A DNA stretch of 64,000 nucleotides from the human T2T-CHM13v2.0 reference genome, Homo sapiens. Of this stretch, positions 1 to 10,389 are shown one piece after another (position 1 is the first letter of the stretch; the number at the start of each line of letters is the position of its first letter). The notes below the pieces were generated by a model. It was not told the origin of the DNA and did not search any database. It saw only the letters and a program-made list of their open reading frames with translations. Location of the stretch: the NCBI RefSeq assembly GCF_009914755.1, contig NC_060935.1, one strand, 5' to 3'. A program made the position numbers and the translations under genes.

Positions 1-412
1 GGGCACCCTGGGCCTGGGCGCCAGCCCCGAGGAGACTGCCCGAGGCCTGTGATCTAGGGTCTGAGCAGGCTGGTGGAAGGGGTGGGGGGACCCCAGTTTA
101 TAACCACTCCCCAAGACACATACCCAGGAGGGGGACTGGAAGGGGCCAGCACCCATCTGTAGGATGGCAATGGAGGACCTAGTTCTGCCAATCACTGACT
201 TCATCGTCGCCTCTGAACCTCCATTCTCCCATCTGTGAAGTGGGGTGGTACTTCCCGCCTCGCAGGAGGCTTAGAGACAACGTGTGGGTCAAGTGGACCT
301 GGTGTGCCAAGCGGCACTCATGCCAGGAGCTCCTGGTCCTCTCAAGGCTGCTGGCTGCCCCCGGCCCTCCCCACACCACCCATTCCTCCCTCACCAGAGT
401 GTCTCATTGCAG

Positions 413-475
413 AACCCCAGAAGACAACACCTCCAACGACAAGGCCCCCGCCCACCACAACTCCAGAGCCCACAG
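413..475 (+). CDS. CD5: CD5 exon 4 (Pro/Thr-rich hinge between SRCR1 and SRCR2)
   Basis: Boundaries ttgcag|AACCCC and CACAG|gtaag; 63 bp; encodes (E)PQKTTPPTTRPPPTTTPEPT, matching human CD5 residues 134-154. Confidence 0.97.
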
Positions 476-731
476 GTAAGAGGATTCTGAACCCCCCACA
501 GGGAGTCAGAGCTAGCAAATAAAAACCCAGGATGCCCAGTTACATTGGAATTTCTGACAAAGGTGGAAATGTTTAGTATTGGTGTGTTCTACGCAATATT
601 TGGGACCCCATCACCTCCCAAGGCTAAGCGTTAGTCAGTAGTTGTCCACAAGTTGGGGCCAAACAGCAAGGAGTGCCCAGGAAGCCCTCGGCGCTCAGGG
701 TGGCTCCCCCTCCTGCTCTCTCCTCTCCTAG

Positions 732-1073
732 CTCCTCCCAGGCTGCAGCTGGTGGCACAGTCTGGCGGCCAGCACTGTGCCGGCGTGGTGGAGTTCTACA
801 GCGGCAGCCTGGGGGGTACCATCAGCTATGAGGCCCAGGACAAGACCCAGGACCTGGAGAACTTCCTCTGCAACAACCTCCAGTGTGGCTCCTTCTTGAA
901 GCATCTGCCAGAGACTGAGGCAGGCAGAGCCCAAGACCCAGGGGAGCCACGGGAACACCAGCCCTTGCCAATCCAATGGAAGATCCAGAACTCAAGCTGT
1001 ACCTCCCTGGAGCATTGCTTCAGGAAAATCAAGCCCCAGAAAAGTGGCCGAGTTCTTGCCCTCCTTTGCTCAG
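732..1073 (+). CDS. CD5: CD5 exon 5 (SRCR domain 2)
   Basis: Boundaries ctcctag|CTCCT and TCAG|gtaagt; 342 bp; PPRLQLVAQSGGQHCAGVVEFY...LALLCS with SRCR cysteine pattern. Confidence 0.98.
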
Positions 1074-1638
1074 GTAAGTGAGACCTGGCCAAGCCCCATG
1101 ACACCTTCTGCTGCCCTAGGTGGGGTCACAGAGCATCCCAGAAGGTCAGGGAACATGTGTGCAGCACAGGGCACTATGGAGAATACAAGGGAAGTGGAGG
1201 CCTGGTCTTGGCCTCTAAGAGGTAACAAGGGTTGGGGTGGGGAGGATGCATCCACACTCAATGCCTTGGTAATCTCTGCAAAGCTACACACCCCAAGCCC
1301 AAAGGAACCGCTGGCTCAGCTGCCACATGGGGAAGGGGAGTCGGCAGGACTTCCAGGAGGAGGCAAGGTCTCTTCGTGGGTCTGGGGGAGAAAAAAAAAT
1401 GTCTAGGTAGGAATTATGGCTTGTGCCAAAGATGGGGCACTTGGAGGGGTGGGCCTTGCAGGAAGGGCATTTGTAAATCCCAAGAGTTGGCATTGCAGCA
1501 ATGGTGAGAGGTGGGAGGTCCCTGAGGCCCGGGAGTCAGAGGACAGCAGGCAAAGAGAGAAACAGAGACAGCCCCCAAGAGGGCTCTGCAGAGGGTCCTG
1601 CGCCGTGTGCTGACAAGGTAAAGAGAATGATGCCGCTG

Positions 1639-1810
1639 TGTGGTTGAGGGGAGGAGGCAGGTGAGACTGAGTCTGTGAGACCCCGGTGGGCCAAACCAGG
1701 ATCAATGAAGAAAACTAAAGGGAAGAAACCACAGCTGAAACGAAGGGAGAAACGGAGAAACTTCGCAGTACGCCTCCCTCCGGAAGTAGTGGGTTCCCAT
1801 GGCCGGAAGT
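1639..1810. promoter_or_regulatory. Candidate intronic enhancer (2 RUNX, 2 E-box, 2 ETS motifs)
   Basis: TGTGGTT 1639, CAGGTG 1658, AACCACA 1727, CAGCTG 1732, CCGGAAGT 1780 and 1803; locally CpG-rich. Confidence 0.5.
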
Positions 1811-3108
1811 GTTCTCAGTGAAGTCCACACTGTACTTACCGAGAGCTTACTTCATGCAGGGACCATTCCTGGACATTCTAAATTTTTCACATGGCCTTAG
1901 GAGGTGGGTGTTATTATTATCATCCCTTTTTACAGTGAGGAGGCTGAGGTTTAGAGAGGCTAAACCTCTCGCCCAGTACTATGGAGCACTTGCTGGGATT
2001 TCTGTTCAAGCAGGGTCACTCTAGAGCCTGTTATCTGAGCCTTGGTGACTCAGTGTGGTCCTGGAACAGCAGCAGCTGGTTAGAAATGCAGGTGCTCAGG
2101 CCCCAGCCTGGACCTTCCGAATCAGAATCCACTTTTCAGCAAGGTCCTCAGTGATTTATGTGCACAAATCTAGGAATCACTGCTCGGGGCCACCTGGCTG
2201 TCCTGCAAGCACGCTGGGTACCTGGTGTAAATTAGTAAAATGCTGCCCCTCCCCCAGCAGAAGCAGCTCCCAAGGGGCTCTTGGCCTGATGAGGAGAGCA
2301 GGGGCTGGCTCGCAGTCCCACCGGCCCCTCAGCTACTATCCTTCCTGCAGGCTACAACCTGTAAAACCATACCCAGGGTTCTTGCCTTTGAAGCTTCTTC
2401 TAAATAGATTTACTAGGGCTTTGAAGGTGGATGTTGCTATGGGAACTGGGCAAAGCTGGTGAGATCACAACTCTCTCTAAACTGAGCATGTGTGGGCCTC
2501 AGCTACAGACTCCCAGGCCCCACCCTGGCAGGCAGAAATAAATGCGTGCCTCTGTTGAGCCAGGCCCCACTTGCTGAAAGCCTGGCCCTCAGCGTTCAGT
2601 GCCTGGGCAGCACGATCTGTCCCAACTGTGAACTGCCAGGACTCAGGGCAGTAGGTCTTTCCAACCCCCAGGCCTCAGTTTCCCTCTTCTGAAAAGTCCT
2701 CCTTCTTCCCAAAGTGCAGCGGGATAATGACAAGATGTTTCCAAGTGAGAAGTGGACCTAGGTGGAGCCTATTTCCCACGCTCTTCTCTTATCTCCACCT
2801 GGCATGGAGCCGACTCCCTGCTGGTGGCTGCCAACAGCCTCCCTGCAGAAAGCGCCTATGCTGCTGTGTCTCAGGATGGTGCTGGCAGCTGCCCAGAGGC
2901 ACCAGAGACAGTGCTGGGTCAGGGGAAGAGCCACAGAGGGTGCCAGAAGGAGGGAAGGGCAGAAAAGAAGGCTGCCTCTCCTGGTGGTCCCACACAGTGC
3001 CTTCCCCTAGCCAGGGCCCCGATTTGCCAGTGGCATGGGGCCCCAGGAAGCAGCACACAGGCTCAGGTTCACACTTGCACCCTCCTTTCCCATTGCTTCC
3101 CCTCTCAG

Positions 3109-3402
3109 GTTTCCAGCCCAAGGTGCAGAGCCGTCTGGTGGGGGGCAGCAGCATCTGTGAAGGCACCGTGGAGGTGCGCCAGGGGGCTCAGTGGGCAGCC
3201 CTGTGTGACAGCTCTTCAGCCAGGAGCTCGCTGCGGTGGGAGGAGGTGTGCCGGGAGCAGCAGTGTGGCAGCGTCAACTCCTATCGAGTGCTGGACGCTG
3301 GTGACCCAACATCCCGGGGGCTCTTCTGTCCCCATCAGAAGCTGTCCCAGTGCCACGAACTTTGGGAGAGAAATTCCTACTGCAAGAAGGTGTTTGTCAC
3401 AT
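3109..3402 (+). CDS. CD5: CD5 exon 6 (SRCR domain 3)
   Basis: Boundaries ctctcag|GTTTCC and ACAT|gtgagt; 294 bp; FQPKVQSRLVGGSSICEGTVEVRQG...KKVFVT. Confidence 0.98.
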
Positions 3403-3761
3403 GTGAGTTGGCCACAGCCCACAGTGGGTGGAAGCAGTTACTACTTTACCTCTAGGACCCGGTCAGGGTGCATGTCTCTAAAGGGAAGCCCTGGGGAGCT
3501 AGACAGAGAGTCCCAGAGACCCAGAAAGGATGGAGACAGGGAAATTGGAAGGCTAGGGAGCAAGAGTACTCAGACAGCAATGGGCATGAACAATAATAGG
3601 AGACAGGGCAAGCAACAGGCAGATCACTGTCAGGCAGCTGATGAGTCATAGAACTTCTCCTTCTACCTTCTACTTTTGCAAGGTGGAAGCCAGAAAATCA
3701 AATGGTAGATAGCACATATTTGCTACATGAATGGTAACTAAACGGGAAGTAAAAGAGAGAA

Positions 3762-4030
3762 ATGGATGGATGGATGGATGGATGGATTGGTGGGTGGGTG
3801 GGTGGGTGGATGGATGGATGGATGGATGGATGGATGGATGGATGGATGGATCGGTGGGTGGGTGGATGGATGATGGATGGATGGATGGATGGATGGATGG
3901 ATGGATCAGTGGGTGGGTGAATGGATGGATGGTTGGATGGATGGATGGATGAGTGGACTGATGGATGGGTGAGTGGATGGATGGATGGATGGATGGACAG
4001 AAGGGCGGATGGACAGATGGATGGATGGAT
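3762..4030 (+). repeat. (TGGA)n microsatellite with TGGG variant units, CD5 intron 6
   Basis: Directly visible tandem array of ~270 bp. Confidence 0.97.
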
Positions 4031-4392
4031 CAAGAATAGAGGCCCCGCTGGCTATTGGTATGCAATCATATATTGGTTTCTGATGGTATATGATGGCAAG
4101 GTGATCACTAATAACTGGCAAATGGTAGAAAATTAAATAGCTTATAACAAGTGTGGCAAATGATAGCTAGATGATCAACTGTTAGATGACAAATGGTGGG
4201 TGGGTGAGTGGGTAGCAGGGAATCCTAGAGATAGATGGAGGGATAGCCAAATAGATCATTGCCTTCCGTGCATGCTGGTGAATTTCTCAGATGAGCAAGG
4301 ATGACGGCGGAAGCCAGGCAGCCAGCAGCTTCCCTCCCACAGTTTTTCTCCCCCCAGGACTGGGACTGACCTAACTCTTCCTCCTTCCCCAG

Positions 4393-4518
4393 GCCAGGAT
4401 CCAAACCCCGCAGGCCTGGCCGCAGGCACGGTGGCAAGCATCATCCTGGCCCTGGTGCTCCTGGTGGTGCTGCTGGTCGTGTGCGGCCCCCTTGCCTACA
4501 AGAAGCTAGTGAAGAAAT
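4393..4518 (+). CDS. CD5: CD5 exon 7 (transmembrane domain)
   Basis: Boundaries cttccccag|GCCAG and AAAT|gtaggt; 126 bp; QDPNPAGLAAGTVASIILALVLLVVLLVVCGPLAYKKLVKK, a hydrophobic helix followed by a basic stop-transfer segment. Confidence 0.98.
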
Positions 4519-5369
4519 GTAGGTGTCACGGCCCTGAGTGGCTCCGTTCCCACGTGCAGAGACTGGAGGGGCTGCATTAGAGTCCTCCGGAGGAGGGGTC
4601 ATGCCTCCAGAGAGCTGGGCACGCAGGACACCTCTGCTTCACCACCCAGCCTTCCCCTCTCCTGCCCATTAGCCATTTTCTGCCCCAAGTAACAGAAACA
4701 CAAAGTAAACAAAATTGCAATTGCTGATTTGTCCATCTCTGGAGCCCAGCTGAGACCCACTCCAGGTCAGAGAGAAGGTGTGGCCATTCCCAAGGCTGTG
4801 GCAGGCCCAGAGGGTGTTCAGTACAGCCTCTGATGGTAGGAGACACACATCCCAGGCCTAGCCCCACCACTTACCACTGCCCGAGATGCTGATTGGGACA
4901 CTTCCTCTCTCTGACCCTCAGTTTCTTCATCTACCAAATGGGCAATCGCACACCTTGTGAACGCGGGGGGTTGTTCTCCTTGCCTTGCAGAACTTAAGAG
5001 GAAATTATTCAGACAAAGAAGTGAGAGGGGAGAGATTGGGAACAGAGGGCCCAGCAGGACAGTGTTAGGTCCTAGTGCCTGCCCAGGTCTAGTTCTAAAC
5101 GCCTGTGGTCTTTTCTCCTGGGGAGCCGGGCACCTCTACACCATCCTCGGCCTGCTCCTTCGGCACAGGATGGCTGCAATTCCCTTCCCGAGCAAGTTAG
5201 GAAACTGAGGCCTACGAGAGACTCCAGGGGGCAGAGCCCAGCAGCCCTGCCCTCAGCTGCACCTGCCGCCACCATCTCCCTCCCAGGCCCAGCCCCATCC
5301 CCACCCCTGCCTGCCCCCACCCACACCTGCCCCCACCACTCTGATGTGCCTTTCTTGTCTCTTGCCCAG

Positions 5370-5423
5370 TCCGCCAGAAGAAGCAGCGCCAGTGGATTGG
5401 CCCAACGGGAATGAACCAAAACA
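5370..5423 (+). CDS. CD5: CD5 exon 8 (juxtamembrane cytoplasmic segment)
   Basis: Boundaries ttgcccag|TCCGC and AACA|gtaagt; 54 bp; RQKKQRQWIGPTGMNQN. Confidence 0.97.
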
Positions 5424-6517
5424 GTAAGTGTCCCCGGAGGCAGGAGCCTCCCTCAGGCCCTGGACAGAGGCCATGGAGGCAGAGTCGAGGCTCTCTGCTG
5501 ACCACAGACGGAGCCTGTGGCTGCTTGAAGCCTCTGATCTCCACGGTGCTTGTCTGACATGTGACTGTGGCCAACAGACGTCCCCACACCAGGGAGGGCG
5601 GAGGCTTCTTGATGGGCTGATGGCTGAGCGGTTTCTACCGCTGAAGCCTCAGAGTGTAGAAACATCTCATGGTATCCTTTCTGTCCCTCGCCCCATCTCT
5701 AGGGTCCCCAGCAGCCCTCACCTCCTCCAGCAGTATTCCCCAACACAGTAGCCAGTGGATGTTAACAGGCAGCACTCACAAGAGGCCTCCCTGATCAACA
5801 GATCTGGAAAACCATGAGTTAGGCACAGCTAAGCATAGCTATTTCAGGACTTATCAGAACCTTAATGGGCATTTTTGTATTGCCCATCTCCAAAGCAAGG
5901 ATCCATTAAGAAGGGCTGTCCAAGTTATTTTCATCATGGAACAACTTACAGGGCCAGTATTAGGACATTTTGGTGCAGCCAGCCCAACACCATCCCTGGT
6001 CTTCATCCTCCCTCCTTCCAGCCACAGTCAGAGACACCCTAATGGATGGAGACATGGCGCTCTTCCTGCCTCCCATTCTGCCTTCTTCCCTCTTCCCAAG
6101 TCCACAGCCAAATCCTTCAAGAGGGCTCTGTTGAATTTGTTATTAAGAAAGGCTCTGGAAACTTTCTTAATAACATACAGGCCCTCAGCTCCTGGAGGGC
6201 AGGGAGCAGATCTGTCCCGTCACCTGTGCTCCAGTCTCCTGCTTGGTAAATGCTTGATGACCGACTCACGGAAGGCCCCACCCTGCCAGTCAGATTGCTG
6301 GGTTACCCAAACCTGCTCTAAAAGTCTGCTGCTGATCCTGCTAGCATGAACCTCCCAGGAAGAAAGGAGAGGGGGATGCATTGAAGGGGCTGTGGGTGCC
6401 TTTGTCCTCTCCCCGCTAACATCATGGGAATAGGAGATTAAAGTTCTGGGCACCTGCTGGGGAAGGAGACGGAGGACACAGCCACAAGTCTGACACTGTC
6501 TCCTACCATCTGCCCAG

Positions 6518-6637
6518 TGTCTTTCCATCGCAACCACACGGCAACCGTCCGATCCCATGCTGAGAACCCCACAGCCTCCCACGTGGATAACGAATACAGC
6601 CAACCTCCCAGGAACTCCCGCCTGTCAGCTTATCCAG
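6518..6637 (+). CDS. CD5: CD5 exon 9 (cytoplasmic tail with Y453 and Y465)
   Basis: Boundaries tgcccag|TGTCT and CCAG|gtaagc; 120 bp; SFHRNHTATVRSHAENPTASHVDNEYSQPPRNSRLSAYP. Confidence 0.97.
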
Positions 6638-7236
6638 GTAAGCACCAGCGGGTGCTCCCAGGCACGCAGGCAGGGCTGCAGCAGGCCGCCAAGGCAGGTC
6701 ACGTGATGCCCTTGAAGGTCGGGTGATGGCCCAAAGACAGAATGGAGACCCCAGGGTGCAAGGGGATCAAACATCGCAGGATGCAGCAGGGGTACGGAAG
6801 GGATATAGCCTTTGCAGGCCCCAGCTGTCCCGTTTGAGACCACAAACTACTCATCTGGAGAGAAGAATGCACTCAGAAAGCCATCAACCCCAGCCTTGCT
6901 GTGACCTAATGGGCCTGTTTCCCTTCAGGGCCTTGAGGGGCCTGGATGGTAAATGAGGCCCCTTGGATTCCTCCGGGCTAGAAGAGAGCCATTAAGTGGG
7001 CTGCAGGAGCGCTGTACTAAAGGCTCCCAGACTGGCACTACCAATTAAGCCCCAGGGAGCCTGGAGTTCAGCATCATTAGTGAACGTTTGGCTGATTTGA
7101 TCAAAACAGATAAGGGGTTGTCACCGGCTCATAAAGCCCCTGTGATCTTCCAACCCACTGTGGGCAGCGGCTCTAGGATCCAAGGGGCTCTGTGGAGTCA
7201 AAAACCCTCTGCAAACAGCGTCCTTTCTTTCCCCAG

Positions 7237-7325
7237 CTCTGGAAGGGGTTCTGCATCGCTCCTCCATGCAGCCTGACAACTCCTCCGACAGTGACTATGA
7301 TCTGCATGGGGCTCAGAGGCTGTAA
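7237..7325 (+). CDS. CD5: CD5 exon 10 coding part (CK2-site SSDSD, Y487, stop codon); exon continues to 7327
   Basis: tttccccag|CTCTGG...CTG TAA AG|gtgagc; LEGVLHRSSMQPDNSSDSDYDLHGAQRL*; codon count closes at the known 495 aa. Confidence 0.97.
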
Positions 7326-8562
7326 AGGTGAGCCCGTCTCCAGCCTGACCCCAGCACCCCAGGGTCCCCCACAGTCCTGGGGGTGAGCAGCAGCCACTCA
7401 ATGCCTCCCCTCAGTCCCACCCTGCCCATACATGAATAGGGGACCCCCAGCATCTTGATTCTTGTAAAGGGAAAGACAAACGTCAGCTGTTTAGGTTATA
7501 CGAGCTGATTTGACAATTAGAGCAGAGCAATCATGAACTTTAACAATCAACTCTTAAACTCCATTCGGAAGGCCACACAGGCAGAGTCCCTAAGAGCTCC
7601 GTGATGGAGTCACACCCCTCTAGAGCTGCCAACCTGCCAGCGGGGAGAAGGAGCCCCTGGCTCAGGACAGCAGCCGTCCCCAAGATGGAGCCCAGAGCAT
7701 GGGTCCTGTCCCCGACCTCCCTGCATCACCTCTGCGGTGTCTTCCTCTAACACGTTTCCTTCTCACCCCACAGAACTGGGATCCATGAGCAAAAAGCCGA
7801 GAGCCAGACCTGTTTGTCCTGAGAAAACTGTCCGCTCTTCACTTGAAATCATGTCCCTATTTCTACCCCGGCCAGAACATGGACAGAGGCCAGAAGCCTT
7901 CCGGACAGGCGCTGCTGCCCCGAGTGGCAGGCCAGCTCACACTCTGCTGCACAACAGCTCGGCCGCCCCTCCACTTGTGGAAGCTGTGGTGGGCAGAGCC
8001 CCAAAACAAGCAGCCTTCCAACTAGAGACTCGGGGGTGTCTGAAGGGGGCCCCCTTTCCCTGCCCGCTGGGGAGCGGCGTCTCAGTGAAATCGGCTTTCT
8101 CCTCAGACTCTGTCCCTGGTAAGGAGTGACAAGGAAGCTCACAGCTGGGCGAGTGCATTTTGAATAGTTTTTTGTAAGTAGTGCTTTTCCTCCTTCCTGA
8201 CAAATCGAGCGCTTTGGCCTCTTCTGTGCAGCATCCACCCCTGCGGATCCCTCTGGGGAGGACAGGAAGGGGACTCCCGGAGACCTCTGCAGCCGTGGTG
8301 GTCAGAGGCTGCTCACCTGAGCACAAAGACAGCTCTGCACATTCACCGCAGCTGCCAGCCAGGGGTCTGGGTGGGCACCACCCTGACCCACAGCGTCACC
8401 CCACTCCCTCTGTCTTATGACTCCCCTCCCCAACCCCCTCATCTAAAGACACCTTCCTTTCCACTGGCTGTCAAGCCCACAGGGCACCAGTGCCACCCAG
8501 GGCCCTGCACAAAGGGGCGCCTAGTAAACCTTAACCAACTTGGTTTTTTGCTTCACCCAGCA

Positions 8563-8568
8563 ATTAAA
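8563..8568 (+). terminator. CD5 proximal/intermediate poly(A) signal ATTAAA
   Basis: ATTAAA in the 3'UTR, preceded by a U-rich tract at 8541-8550. Confidence 0.6.
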
Positions 8569-9240
8569 AGTCCCAAGCTGAGGTAGTTTCAGTCCATCAC
8601 AGTTCATCTTCTAACCCAAGAGTCAGAGATGGGGCTGGTCATGTTCCTTTGGTTTGAATAACTCCCTTGACGAAAACAGACTCCTCTAGTACTTGGAGAT
8701 CTTGGACGTACACCTAATCCCATGGGGCCTCGGCTTCCTTAACTGCAAGTGAGAAGAGGAGGTCTACCCAGGAGCCTCGGGTCTGATCAAGGGAGAGGCC
8801 AGGCGCAGCTCACTGCGGCCTCTAAGAAGGTGAAGCAACATGGGAACACATCCTAAGACACATCCTAAGACAGGTCCTTTCTCCACGCCATTTGATGCTG
8901 TATCTCCTGGGAGCACAGGCATCAATGGTCCAAGCCGCATAATAAGTCTGGAAGAGCAAAAGGGAGTTACTAGGATATGGGGTGGGCTGCTCCCAGAATC
9001 TGCTCAGCTTTCTGCCCCCACCAACACCCTCCAACCAGGCCTTGCCTTCTGAGAGCCCCCGTGGCCAAGCCCAGGTCACAGATCTTCCCCCGACCATGCT
9101 GGGAATCCAGAAACAGGGACCCCATTTGTCTTCCCATATCTGGTGGAGGTGAGGGGGCTCCTCAAAAGGGAACTGAGAGGCTGCTCTTAGGGAGGGCAAA
9201 GGTTCGGGGGCAGCCAGTGTCTCCCATCAGTGCCTTTTTT

Positions 9241-9327
9241 AATAAAAGCTCTTTCATCTATAGTTTGGCCACCATACAGTGGCCTCAAAGCAACCATGGC
9301 CTACTTAAAAACCAAACCAAAAATAAA
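9241..9327 (+). terminator. CD5 distal poly(A) signals (AATAAA at 9241-9246 and 9322-9327)
   Basis: Two canonical hexamers followed by U/GU-rich downstream sequence. Confidence 0.8.
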
Positions 9328-9732
9328 GAGTTTAGTTGAGGAGAAATGAGCCTTTAGAAAACTGTTTTTCAAGGGTTGGCTGACTTGGGTGATGCATTTC
9401 AAAAAGATGTTTGGTGATGCGATGGAATAGAAGCACTTTAGTCTTCAACGTGCCATTGTCAAGTTCCTGCCTTGGCTGGTGAAGGCAACCCACTGCTCCC
9501 CCAGCCAGTGCTCGGGGGCTGGTGTCCACATCCCTTGGTAGAGGACGTGCTGCCATGACCTGGACAACCTCCCCGTTCCTGCATCCCAGCAACCTGCTAG
9601 AGCAGGGCCAGCCCTTCCACTCACCTGTGTGTCCCTCAAACCCTGCCCATTCCGTAAATTATGTTCCTGCGTAAATCATGTGACCTGGCCAATGAGTGGG
9701 CGTGCAACCCCTGATTCTAGCACATTAGGTCA

Positions 9733-10389
<657 letters not shown>

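Larger units (their letters stand above)
7774..9345 (+). other. CD5: CD5 exon 11 (non-coding 3'UTR exon); 3' end approximate
   Basis: Acceptor ttctcaccccacag|AACTGG at 7773/7774; poly(A) hexamers at 8563, 9241 and 9322. Confidence 0.85.

Noticed and set aside
2727-3651. 242-aa and 299-aa ORFs spanning CD5 exon 6
   Set aside because: Only 3109-3402 is bounded by splice sites and matches CD5; the remainder is open intronic frame
3698-4136. WMDG/IHPS repeat ORFs
   Set aside because: Translations of the (TGGA)n microsatellite
6697-6706. Single GGTCACGTGA USF/TFE-type E-box in CD5 intron 9
   Set aside because: Isolated motif with no supporting cluster
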